Below are positions 29,190 through 37,769 of a DNA stretch of 64,000 bases, in pieces. Origin of the DNA: Polaribacter sp. (lineage in GTDB: Bacteria; Bacteroidota; Bacteroidia; Flavobacteriales; Flavobacteriaceae); the NCBI GenBank assembly GCA_020740485.1, contig DYMN01000010.1, forward strand, positions 9,974 through 73,973. The letters are read 5' to 3'. A model generated the notes under the pieces. The model did not search any database and was not told the DNA's origin. It was given only the letters and a program-made list of their open reading frames with translations. How positions within the stretch are numbered: the first letter of the stretch is position 1; every line of letters starts with the position of its first letter. Position numbers and translations under genes: made by a program.

Positions 29190-29588
29190 ATGGTAAATAA
29201 ACCAGATAAAAACTCAATTGAAAAGATTAGAGATTATCTTGCCAATGAAAGAACATTTCTTGCTTGGATAAGAACGAGTATAGCGCTAATGGGGTTTGGT
29301 TTTGTCATTGTTAAATTTTCTATATTCTTAAAACAGATCTCGATTTTACTTCACTCAAAAAACATTCCGACTAGTGGATACAGTTCTCTTGTTGGGGTTA
29401 TTATGGTTGTCATTGGTATTGTTATGGCTATATTGGCTTATTTTCAATATAATAAAGTTAATAAGCAGCTAAATAATGATCATTTTGTTCCTTCTTCGAT
29501 ATTATCTATACTATTGACAATTATCATTATAATAGGAGGTGTTTTCTTGGTATTTTATTTATTAAAGCATACTCAAGTTGCACTATAA
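29190..29588 (+). CDS. YidH/DUF202 family membrane protein
   Basis: ANERTFLAWIRTSIALMGFGF signature with three TM helices; 132 aa. Confidence 0.75.
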   Translation: MVNKPDKNSIEKIRDYLANERTFLAWIRTSIALMGFGFVIVKFSIFLKQISILLHSKNIPTSGYSSLVGVIMVVIGIVMAILAYFQYNKVNKQLNNDHFVPSSILSILLTIIIIIGGVFLVFYLLKHTQVAL

Positions 29589-29806
29589 TTTTTTATGCTG
29601 ACTAAGTAAAAGAACATTTTTTAGATTCAATTTCTCTCCATCAAAATTTTATTAGTGATTTTTACGTAAGAACTATTTATTTTATATCGAGACGGTTACG
29701 AAATGGCTTTTATCTTGAAAATTGATAGTGCTGCTACGACATCGATTTATTAAAAAATACATCATATTTTTCTAACTTTTATCATTACTATAAGAGTAAA
29801 ATATTG

Positions 29807-29814
29807 TATTTTTG
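29807..29814 (+). promoter_or_regulatory. candidate -7 box (tatttttg) of ppdK
   Basis: Exact TAnnTTTG match about 150 nt upstream of the ATG, which implies a long leader. Confidence 0.4.
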
Positions 29815-29961
29815 CACTCTCAAAAGAATTTTAATTTAAATAAAAACTTATCTATTTTTTAAATATTTGCTTTCTATTAAGTTAATGCATTTTCAATCTC
29901 GATTGCTATCGAGATACATTAACACGTTAAATCTTAATTATTTAATTATAAAACCAACTAT

Positions 29962-32679
29962 ATGAGCACAAAAAATGTATATTTTTTCGGCGATAGAAAA
30001 GCCGATGGCGACAGCACTATGAAGAACCTGTTAGGGGGGAAAGGAGCCAATTTGGCTGAAATGAACCTAATAGGTATTCCGGTTCCTGCCGGTTTTACCA
30101 TCACTACCGAAGTATGCAACTACTATGTTAACAACGGTGAAAAAGCCACTATTGAATTGTTACAAGCTGAAGTAAAGGAAAATCTTGCCAAAATAGAAGC
30201 TGCGATGGGTAGCAAATTTGGTGATGTTGAAAATCCGCTTTTGGTTTCGGTTCGTTCAGGGGCACGTGTTTCTATGCCCGGAATGATGGATACCGTTTTA
30301 AATTTAGGCTTAAACGAAGAAATCCTTGCAGGCTTGATCAAAAAAACCAACAATCCTCGTTTTGCTTGGGATTCTTACCGTCGTTTTATTCAAATGTATT
30401 CTAATGTGGTTATGGACGTAAACGCTGCCGATGACAGTGAACACGACCCATTCGAAGCAGCTATCGATCATTTGAAAGAAGAACGCGGTGTGGTAAACGA
30501 TACTGATTTTTCTGTAGAAGATCTACAAGAATTAGTAAAAAGATATAAAGCCGTTGTAAAACAACGCAAAGGTATTGACTTCCCTGATAGTCCTTGGGAT
30601 CAATTGTGGGGTGGCGTGATGGCAGTGTTTAATTCTTGGGAAGGAAAACGTGCTGTAGTCTATCGCAACCTCAATAAAATTCCTCACGATTGGGGAACTG
30701 CCGTAAACGTACAAGCCATGGTTTATGGTAATATGGGACAAACTTCGGCAACCGGAGTTGCTTTTTCAAGAAATTCAAGTACCGGTGAAAACCTGTTCAA
30801 CGGTGAATTCTTAGTAAATGCACAAGGCGAAGACGTGGTTGCCGGTATCCGTACACCACAAGAAATCACTAAAGTTGGGTCTCAACGTTGGGCTGAATTA
30901 GTCGGTGTTTCGGAAGAAGAACGCAGAGCAACAGCGCTTTCATTGGAAGAATATATGCCGGAGCAATACAAAGAATTGCACGAAACCCAATTGAAATTGG
31001 AAACATATTATAAAGATATGCAAGACATTGAGTTTACCATTCAAGAAAACAAGCTTTGGATGTTACAAACACGTAGTGGCAAACGAACCGGTCGTGCTAT
31101 GGTGAAAATCGCCATGGATATGATGCACGAAGGTTTGATTACTGAGAAAGAAGCATTATTGCGTATTGATGCAGGAAAATTAGATGAATTATTACATCCT
31201 GAATTTGATAAAAACGCTTTGAAAAAAGCTAAAGTTATTGCCAAAGGTTTAGCTGCTTCACCCGGAGCAGCTTCAGGAACTGTTGTATTTACTGCTGACG
31301 ATGCAGTTGCTGCCAAAAAAGCAGGTAAAAAAGTAATTTTAGTACGCGTAGAAACTTCACCTGAAGATATCGCCGGAATGGATGCAGCAGAAGGAATTTT
31401 GACTGCTCGCGGTGGTATGACTTCTCACGCTGCGGTGGTAGCTCGTGGTATGGGCAAATGTTGTGTATCAGGTGCCGGTAGCATTAAAGTAGATTACAAA
31501 GCCAAAACCATGGAAGTGGTTGGACAAGTGATTAAAGAAGGCGACTGGATTTCATTAAACGGAAGTACCGGAGATGCCTTATTGGGCAAAATTGACACTT
31601 CTTCAGCTACCATAGATTCTGACTTCAAAGAAATGTTGACTTTAGCCGACAAATTTGCTACTATGAAAGTACGTACCAATGCTGATACCCCACACGATAG
31701 CCAAGTGGCTCGTGATTTTGGTGCACAAGGTATCGGATTATGTCGTACGGAACACATGTTCTTCGAAGGCGAAAAAATCGTAGCGATGCGCGAAATGATT
31801 TTAGCAGAAGATGAAGCCGGACGTCGTGTAGCTTTAGCAAAATTATTGCCTATCCAACGCAAAGACTTTGAAGGTATCTTTGAAGCGATGCAAGGATTGC
31901 CGGTAACCGTTCGTCTATTGGATCCTCCACTACACGAATTTGTGCCTCACGATGCCAAAGGGCAAGAGCAAATGGCACAAGTAATGGGTATTTCTGTAGA
32001 AAAAGTGAAACAAAAAGTGGAAGAATTATCAGAATTCAACCCTATGTTAGGTCACCGTGGATGTCGTTTAGGAAATACCTATCCTGAAATCAGTGAAATG
32101 CAAACCCGTGCGATTATTGAAGCTGCCTTAAACTTAAAAGCAAAAGGCATAGACGCTAAACCTGAAATCATGATTCCATTGACCGGGACATTAGCTGAAA
32201 TGCAATTGCAAGAACAAATAGTTCGCGATACCATTAAGGCTATTTTTGCAGAACGCAAAAATGAAATCCACCATTTGGTAGGAACGATGATCGAAGTGCC
32301 TCGTGCAGCCTTGGTTGCCGATCAAATAGCAAAATCAGCCGAATTTTTCTCATTCGGAACTAACGACTTAACCCAAATGACATTTGGTTATTCTCGTGAC
32401 GATGCCGGAAAATTCCTACCGGTTTATATTGAAAAAGGCATCTTAAAACACGATCCTTTTGAAGTATTAGACCAAGAAGGTGTTGGACAATTGGTGAAAA
32501 TGGCAGTAGAAAAAGGTAAACAAACCCGCCCTGACATCAAATTAGGAATTTGTGGCGAGCACGGCGGCGAACCTTCTTCTATCGAATTTTGCCATAAAGT
32601 GGGCTTAAACTATGTGAGTTGTTCACCTTACCGTGTGCCTATCGCAAGATTGGTTGCCGGTCAAGCAGCAATAAAATAG
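29962..32679 (+). CDS. ppdK: pyruvate, phosphate dikinase
   Basis: GGKGANLAEM ATP-grasp, phospho-His loop GGMTSHAAVVARGMG and C-terminal CGEHGGEP; 905 aa. Confidence 0.96.
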   Translation: MSTKNVYFFGDRKADGDSTMKNLLGGKGANLAEMNLIGIPVPAGFTITTEVCNYYVNNGEKATIELLQAEVKENLAKIEAAMGSKFGDVENPLLVSVRSGARVSMPGMMDTVLNLGLNEEILAGLIKKTNNPRFAWDSYRRFIQMYSNVVMDVNAADDSEHDPFEAAIDHLKEERGVVNDTDFSVEDLQELVKRYKAVVKQRKGIDFPDSPWDQLWGGVMAVFNSWEGKRAVVYRNLNKIPHDWGTAVNVQAMVYGNMGQTSATGVAFSRNSSTGENLFNGEFLVNAQGEDVVAGIRTPQEITKVGSQRWAELVGVSEEERRATALSLEEYMPEQYKELHETQLKLETYYKDMQDIEFTIQENKLWMLQTRSGKRTGRAMVKIAMDMMHEGLITEKEALLRIDAGKLDELLHPEFDKNALKKAKVIAKGLAASPGAASGTVVFTADDAVAAKKAGKKVILVRVETSPEDIAGMDAAEGILTARGGMTSHAAVVARGMGKCCVSGAGSIKVDYKAKTMEVVGQVIKEGDWISLNGSTGDALLGKIDTSSATIDSDFKEMLTLADKFATMKVRTNADTPHDSQVARDFGAQGIGLCRTEHMFFEGEKIVAMREMILAEDEAGRRVALAKLLPIQRKDFEGIFEAMQGLPVTVRLLDPPLHEFVPHDAKGQEQMAQVMGISVEKVKQKVEELSEFNPMLGHRGCRLGNTYPEISEMQTRAIIEAALNLKAKGIDAKPEIMIPLTGTLAEMQLQEQIVRDTIKAIFAERKNEIHHLVGTMIEVPRAALVADQIAKSAEFFSFGTNDLTQMTFGYSRDDAGKFLPVYIEKGILKHDPFEVLDQEGVGQLVKMAVEKGKQTRPDIKLGICGEHGGEPSSIEFCHKVGLNYVSCSPYRVPIARLVAGQAAIK

Positions 32680-32751
32680 TTTATAGTCTAATGGTTGGTA
32701 GTCTATGGACTTTCGACTTTAGATTTTAAAACTACAAGATTACAGAAAACA

Positions 32752-32787
32752 AACCCTGGATATCCGTTGGTGTTCAGGGTTTTTTTA
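32752..32787 (+). terminator. intrinsic terminator after ppdK
   Basis: accctg...cagggt hairpin followed by T7. Confidence 0.7.
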
Positions 32788-32851
32788 GGTAAGTTTGGCA
32801 AACTTTATTCCTAAATGTTTAGGAACTAACACGTTAATCTAAAATATAAAT

Positions 32852-33151
32852 ATGCTCACACACGTCGTACTCTGGAAACTTCACGATACAGCTGAAGGTA
32901 GAACCAAATCAGAAAATGCAATTTTGCTGAAAGAAAAATTAGAAAATTTGGTGGAAATTATCCCACAAATCGTGGAATTGAGAGTAGGAATCAATTTGGC
33001 TACTGCTGAAGCAACAAATTATGATGTAATGCTTTACAGCACGTTTGACAATATGAAAACCATGATGGAATATCAAAACCATCCTACGCATAAAGCAATA
33101 GGAGAATGGATTGGGAAAATTAGAGAATCACGTGTGGCGATAGATTTTTGA
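32852..33151 (+). CDS. Dabb (stress-responsive alpha/beta barrel) family protein
   Basis: THVVLWKL start; 99 aa with a ferredoxin-like dimeric barrel pattern. Confidence 0.7.
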   Translation: MLTHVVLWKLHDTAEGRTKSENAILLKEKLENLVEIIPQIVELRVGINLATAEATNYDVMLYSTFDNMKTMMEYQNHPTHKAIGEWIGKIRESRVAIDF

Positions 33152-33186
33152 TTTTTAGATATGAGAGCTTTGTGTTAAAATTCTAT

Positions 33187-33221
33187 AAAAAAAGCGAGTC
33201 AAATATTGACTCGCTTTTTTT
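33187..33221. terminator. bidirectional terminator between the Dabb gene and tig
   Basis: A7-gcgagtcaa-ata-ttgactcgc-T7. Confidence 0.85.
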
Positions 33222-33254
33222 GATTGGCGGATTCAAGTTATAAGTGCAATTTTT

Positions 33255-33327
33255 AATAACCAATTAACCAATAATCAATCAACTAATAATCAATTAACTA
33301 ATAATTAATTAACTAATAATTAATCAA
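33255..33327. repeat. AT-rich word array (aatcaat/taactaat, about 15-nt period)
   Basis: aataaccaat taaccaat aatcaat caactaat aatcaat taactaat aattaat taactaat aattaat. Related words occur at 2663..2695 and 22656..22692. Confidence 0.75.
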
Positions 33328-34656
33328 CTATTTGTAACTCTCTTCGATAAACGCTTTGTAAGTTACTTCTTTAGTATTGTAGTTCATTTTTTCCTTGTAC
33401 AATGCTATCAACTTTGAAGTCATTACCTGTTCTGAAACGCGTTTTACTTCGTCTTGGTTTTCCAAAACTCTGTTAGCGACTCCATCCAAAAATTCATCGT
33501 TAATTAAATCAGAACCGTATTGCGCATATTGTATGCCTAATAAGTTTTTGGTGAAAGTTCTCAAATCGTCCATAGTTACTACCAAATTGTTTTCTTTGGC
33601 AATTTGGCTTTCAATCAGTTGGTAACGCAATCCTTTTTCACTTTTATTGTAATCTTCCGATGCTTGTTCAAATGTAACTTCTTTGTCAGAAGTGATTTGT
33701 AACCAACGTTTTAGAAATTCACTTGGTAAATCAAAGTGCGTATTTTTCAATAAAAAGTCGGTAGTATCATTTAGGAATTTTTGCTCTGCTTGACCTGAAA
33801 AGTCTCTTTCGGCTGTGGTTTTGATTTCTGCTTTTAAAGCATCAACTGATTCCACTTTTCCTTCCCCAAATAATTTATCAAATAACTCTTGGTTCAATTC
33901 AGCCAATTCATAATTACTGATTTCTGTCACAGTAAATTTCACCTCTACATCAAAACCGTGTGCATCATCGTGATCCAATTGCAATGCGTGCATCAATAGA
34001 TGATCGTCAACGAATAAATCTTTGGTTTTTAACTCGATAACGTCGCCCACTTTCTTGCCGATAAATTTATTTTGGTTGGCTTCTCCTTTAATTTGTTCTA
34101 ATTCAATGGTAGCGGTATTTTCTTTTTTCTCGCCTTTATATTCAAATTCAAAAGTTCCGATCACTCTTCCGGTTTCTGAAACTGCTGCTTCGGTAACCAA
34201 TTTACCGTATTGTTTTTGAATGTGTTGCAATTCTTCATTAATAAATTCGTCGTCTACCACGATTTTATATAATTTCACATCCGATTTTGCATCTAAATTC
34301 ACTTCAAATTTTGGTGCTAAACCTACTTCAAAATCGAAGGAAAAAGAATCATTTTCCCAAGAAAAATCTTCATTGGCTTTTGGAATCGGATTCCCCAAAA
34401 TATCTAATTTTTCTTCAACGATGAATTTGTTTAAAGTGTCTTGCAATAATTTATTAACTTCATCAATGATAATAGGTTTTTCATATTGTTTTTTGATGAG
34501 CGACATAGGCACAAAACCTTTTCTAAATCCGGGAACGGATGCTTTCTTTTTATAATCTGTCAACGCTTTCTCCACGGTAGGCATATAGTCTGTTTTGTCT
34601 ATTGAAATGGTAACCAATGTATTAAGTGCGTCAATGTCTTGTTTGTTGATATTCAT
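33328..34656 (-). CDS. tig: trigger factor
   Basis: TF signature PGFRKGFVP in the N-domain; about 442 aa. ATG 34656 is preferred over track TTG 34680 because a minus-strand -7 box overlaps that TTG. Confidence 0.9.
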   Translation of the reverse strand: MNINKQDIDALNTLVTISIDKTDYMPTVEKALTDYKKKASVPGFRKGFVPMSLIKKQYEKPIIIDEVNKLLQDTLNKFIVEEKLDILGNPIPKANEDFSWENDSFSFDFEVGLAPKFEVNLDAKSDVKLYKIVVDDEFINEELQHIQKQYGKLVTEAAVSETGRVIGTFEFEYKGEKKENTATIELEQIKGEANQNKFIGKKVGDVIELKTKDLFVDDHLLMHALQLDHDDAHGFDVEVKFTVTEISNYELAELNQELFDKLFGEGKVESVDALKAEIKTTAERDFSGQAEQKFLNDTTDFLLKNTHFDLPSEFLKRWLQITSDKEVTFEQASEDYNKSEKGLRYQLIESQIAKENNLVVTMDDLRTFTKNLLGIQYAQYGSDLINDEFLDGVANRVLENQDEVKRVSEQVMTSKLIALYKEKMNYNTKEVTYKAFIEESYK

Positions 34657-34677
34657 TATGATGATTTTAAAGAATTG

Positions 34678-34685
34678 CAAAATTA
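34678..34685 (-). promoter_or_regulatory. candidate -7 box (taattttg on the minus strand) of tig
   Basis: Plus strand reads caaaatta; it lies 22 nt upstream of the ATG at 34656. Confidence 0.45.
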
Positions 34686-34765
34686 CACTTTTTTTAAGAA
34701 AAAAGAGAAGAGAAAAGATAAAATAAACTGCATTTTATGCGTTTTTTGATTTTAATTGAAATAAT

Positions 34766-34925
34766 GAGTCAAGTCTAAAAACAAACAATGTCAAAAAAGT
34801 TTCTTTTGGCGATATTTACACCTTTTTCAATTAACTGATGCTCAGGCATCACTGAATTTCAAAAAATGCAAATCTCATTCAAAATAACTCTTTTTATGAA
34901 AATCGCCAGTTTTTAGACTGAACTC
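34766..34925. repeat. 160-bp element with terminal inverted repeats and a central hairpin (MITE-like or structured RNA)
   Basis: gagtcaagtctaaaaac (34766..34782) and ggcgat (34808..34813) pair with atcgcc-a-gtttttagactgaactc (34902..34925). Central hairpin tgatgc-tcag-gcatca at 34836..34851. Confidence 0.55.
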
Positions 34926-34993
34926 AATAATTCTAAATTTTGAAGACCATTTTTGTATTTTTTATTTCTATTTTCTTTCGTTAATTTGTATTT

Positions 34994-36796
34994 ATGAATT
35001 TCGAGCATCTCAAACCCATTATCCAAACCTTGCCGAACAAACCCGGTGTGTATCAATATTATGATAAGGATGGGAAAATTTTGTATGTGGGTAAGGCTAA
35101 GGATTTAAAAAAAAGGGTTTCATCTTATTTTACTAAGACGCACGATAATGCCAAAACACATCTGTTAGTCAAGAAGATAGCGGATATAAAGCACATTGTG
35201 GTCGATACGGAAACCGATGCTTTTTTGTTGGAAAATTCATTGATTAAGAAACACCAACCGCGCTACAATATTATGCTTAAAGATGACAAAACCTATCCTT
35301 GGATTTGTATCAAAAAAGAGCATTATCCGCGTGTGTTTCTCACTCGAAATGTCATTCGCGACGGATCGGAATATTACGGGCCTTATGCGTCGGTACGCAC
35401 TGCAAGAGCATTGTTGGATTTAATCAAAGCCTTGTACCCTATTCGCACGTGTCAATTGGATTTGCATCCCAAAAAAATAGTATCAGGAAAATATAAAGTT
35501 TGCTTGGAATATCATATTGGCAATTGCAAAGGCGGTTGTGAAGGATGGCAGGAAGAAGCAGATTATCAAAAAGATATAACGGAAATTCGCAACATTGTTA
35601 AGGGAAATTTTAAACCCGCTTTAGCGCAATTTCACGATTTGATGCAAGAATTTGCGGGTTTGATGCAATTTGAAGAAGCCCAAAAAATTAAAGAAAAAAT
35701 AGAGTTGTTGGCTAATTATCAAGCCCGAAGTACGGTGGTAAATCCGAGCATTACTAATGTAGATGTTTTCAATATCACTTCGGATGAAGGGTTTGCTTAT
35801 GTCAATTTTTTTAAAATTATGAATGGGTCTATCATTCAATCGCATACGGCGGAAATCAAAAAGAAATTAGACGAATCCGATAGGGAGATTTTAGAATTGG
35901 CTATTGTGGAAATTCGACAAAAATTTCATTCGGTTTCACGCGAAATTTATGTGCCATTTGAAGTAGATGTTCCTGATAATATGACGGTTACCATTCCAAA
36001 AATAGGCGACAAAAAACATATATTAGACTTGTCATTGCGCAACGCAAAATATTATAAGCAAGAGCAATGGAAACAGCAGAAAATGGTGGATCCGGAGCGA
36101 CATACCCAACGCATCTTAGCACAGATGCAAAAAGATTTGCGATTGCCTTCGGAACCGATTCATATAGAATGTTTTGACAATTCAAATATTCAAGGCACCA
36201 ATCCTGTGGCGGCTTGTGTGGTTTTTAAAAATGCCAAACCCAGTAAGCAAGATTACAGAAAATTCAACATCAAAACGGTGGAAGGTCCCAACGATTTTGC
36301 TTCAATGGAAGAGATTATTTTCCGTCGATACAGTCGTTTGTTGGAAGAAAAAGCGGATTTACCCCAACTCATTGTGATTGACGGTGGTAAAGGACAATTG
36401 GGTGCTGCATTAAAAAGTTTGGATAAATTAGAATTGCGAGGTAAGATTTCAATCATCGGAATTGCCAAGCGATTAGAAGAAATTTATTATCCCGACGATC
36501 CTATTCCGATGTATTTAGACAAAACTTCAGAGTCACTCAAAGTGATTCAGTATTTGCGTAACGAAGCCCATCGTTTTGGCATAACGTTTCACAGAGACCA
36601 ACGCAGTAAAAACGCATTGGTAACCGAATTGGAATTGATTCCCTGTGTAGGGGAACAAACGGTTACTACGCTTTTAAAAAGTTTTAAATCGGTGAAACGC
36701 ATCAAAGAAGCCACTTTGGAACAAATATCAGAAGTGGTTGGAAAAAGTAGAGCCGAAAAAGTTTTTGAATATTATCAAGCGAAAAATAATTGCTAA
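34994..36796 (+). CDS. uvrC: excinuclease ABC subunit C
   Basis: GIY-YIG N-terminus (GVYQYYDKDGKILYVGKAKDLKKR); 600 aa with a C-terminal HhH region. Confidence 0.95.
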   Translation: MNFEHLKPIIQTLPNKPGVYQYYDKDGKILYVGKAKDLKKRVSSYFTKTHDNAKTHLLVKKIADIKHIVVDTETDAFLLENSLIKKHQPRYNIMLKDDKTYPWICIKKEHYPRVFLTRNVIRDGSEYYGPYASVRTARALLDLIKALYPIRTCQLDLHPKKIVSGKYKVCLEYHIGNCKGGCEGWQEEADYQKDITEIRNIVKGNFKPALAQFHDLMQEFAGLMQFEEAQKIKEKIELLANYQARSTVVNPSITNVDVFNITSDEGFAYVNFFKIMNGSIIQSHTAEIKKKLDESDREILELAIVEIRQKFHSVSREIYVPFEVDVPDNMTVTIPKIGDKKHILDLSLRNAKYYKQEQWKQQKMVDPERHTQRILAQMQKDLRLPSEPIHIECFDNSNIQGTNPVAACVVFKNAKPSKQDYRKFNIKTVEGPNDFASMEEIIFRRYSRLLEEKADLPQLIVIDGGKGQLGAALKSLDKLELRGKISIIGIAKRLEEIYYPDDPIPMYLDKTSESLKVIQYLRNEAHRFGITFHRDQRSKNALVTELELIPCVGEQTVTTLLKSFKSVKRIKEATLEQISEVVGKSRAEKVFEYYQAKNNC

Positions 36797-36811
36797 ATAA
36801 AATATTATTCG

Positions 36812-36819
36812 TATATTTG
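36812..36819 (+). promoter_or_regulatory. candidate -7 box (tatatttg) of arsR
   Basis: Exact TAnnTTTG match 20 nt upstream of the ATG. Confidence 0.5.
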
Positions 36820-36838
36820 CGAACTCTATTTTATTTCA

Positions 36839-37168
36839 ATGAATGATATTACACCTAATTTTACCGAAAAACAAGAATTAATTTCCAAGATTGCCAATGC
36901 CATTTCCAATCCAACACGAATTGCCATTTTAGAGATATTAATGAGTCGTTCCTGTTGTTATCACGGCGATTTATCAGAAGAATTGCCTATTGCCAATAGC
37001 ACCTTATCACAACATTTAAAGGTGTTGAAAGAAGCCGGATTAATCCAAGGCGAAATCCATCTACCGAAAACAAAATATTGTATCAATCCCTACAATTGGG
37101 GAATGGCAAAAGGACTTTTGCTATCATTTTTTGACGCACAACCCACTACGGCATCTTGTGAAATCTAA
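36839..37168 (+). CDS. arsR: ArsR/SmtB family metalloregulator
   Basis: Winged HTH with a vicinal Cys pair SRSCCYHGDLSEEL at the position of the ELCVCDL As(III) site; 109 aa. Confidence 0.85.
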   Translation: MNDITPNFTEKQELISKIANAISNPTRIAILEILMSRSCCYHGDLSEELPIANSTLSQHLKVLKEAGLIQGEIHLPKTKYCINPYNWGMAKGLLLSFFDAQPTTASCEI

Positions 37169-37251
37169 TTTCGTTTTTTTACGAACAAAAATAATTACTA
37201 TTTACGATTTATGAATCTTTAAATTTCAAATTATCAATAACTCTTTCAACT

Positions 37252-37270
37252 CCCCCTCCTTCGGAGGGGG
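37252..37270 (+). other. GC-rich hairpin (8-bp stem)
   Basis: ccccctcc-ttc-ggaggggg. The downstream gggggag (37273..37279) can pair alternatively with ctccccc. Confidence 0.6.
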
Positions 37271-37298
37271 TTGGGGGAGGCCTAAAAACAATAAACCA

Positions 37299-37550
37299 AT
37301 GACTATCAAAATTCTCGGAACCGGTTGCCCTAATTGTAAAAGAACCGAACAAGCGGTTAAAACCGCCATTGAAGAACTCAATATCGATGCCACCGTTATT
37401 AAAGTGGAAGATATTATGGAAATTATGCAATACAACATTATGTCCACACCTGCCGTAGTGTTAGACGAAGTCGTGAAAATCAAAGGACGTGTACCCAGTG
37501 TGCAAGAAGTAAAAGATTTGTTTCAACCCGAGTATAAAATTAATTTGTAA
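37299..37550 (+). CDS. small thioredoxin-fold protein (glutaredoxin-like, redox-active disulfide protein 2 type)
   Basis: MTIKILGTGCPNCKRT CxxC start; 83 aa. This type is common in ars operons. Confidence 0.75.
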   Translation: MTIKILGTGCPNCKRTEQAVKTAIEELNIDATVIKVEDIMEIMQYNIMSTPAVVLDEVVKIKGRVPSVQEVKDLFQPEYKINL

Positions 37551-37552
37551 AT

Positions 37553-37769
37553 GTGGTAATGTGCCAATGTGTAAATGTGCCAATGTGCTAATGCGATGCG
37601 CTGAGCGCAGTCAAAGTCCCGCTTTACGGGATCTACGCTACGCTTCGATGTGATAATCTGGTAATGTGCTAATCCCGCTCACGCCAATGCGTGATTTTCA
37701 ACTTTGCGGGATCTTCGTTGCACTTCGATTTGCAAATCTGCTAATTTGTTAATGTGCTAATCTACTAAT
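37553..37769. repeat. mosaic intergenic element inside the ars cluster
   Basis: Five octamers (gtggtaat gtgccaat gtgtaaat gtgccaat gtgctaat), core gcgatgcgctgagcgcagtcaaagt, hairpin tcccg-cttta-cggga, the 62-bp twin at 37671..37732, and five octamers running up to the acr3 ATG. Confidence 0.9.

Noticed and set aside
34657-34680. TTG start at 34680 for tig, adding MQFFKIII.
   Set aside because: A minus-strand -7 box overlaps this codon. The ATG at 34656 gives a typical trigger-factor N-terminus.
37209-37483. Minus-strand ORFs 37209..37430 and 37226..37483.
   Set aside because: They are antisense to the Trx-like gene and read through the GC hairpin (PPPTPSEGGG). They are typical repeat-derived pseudo-ORFs.
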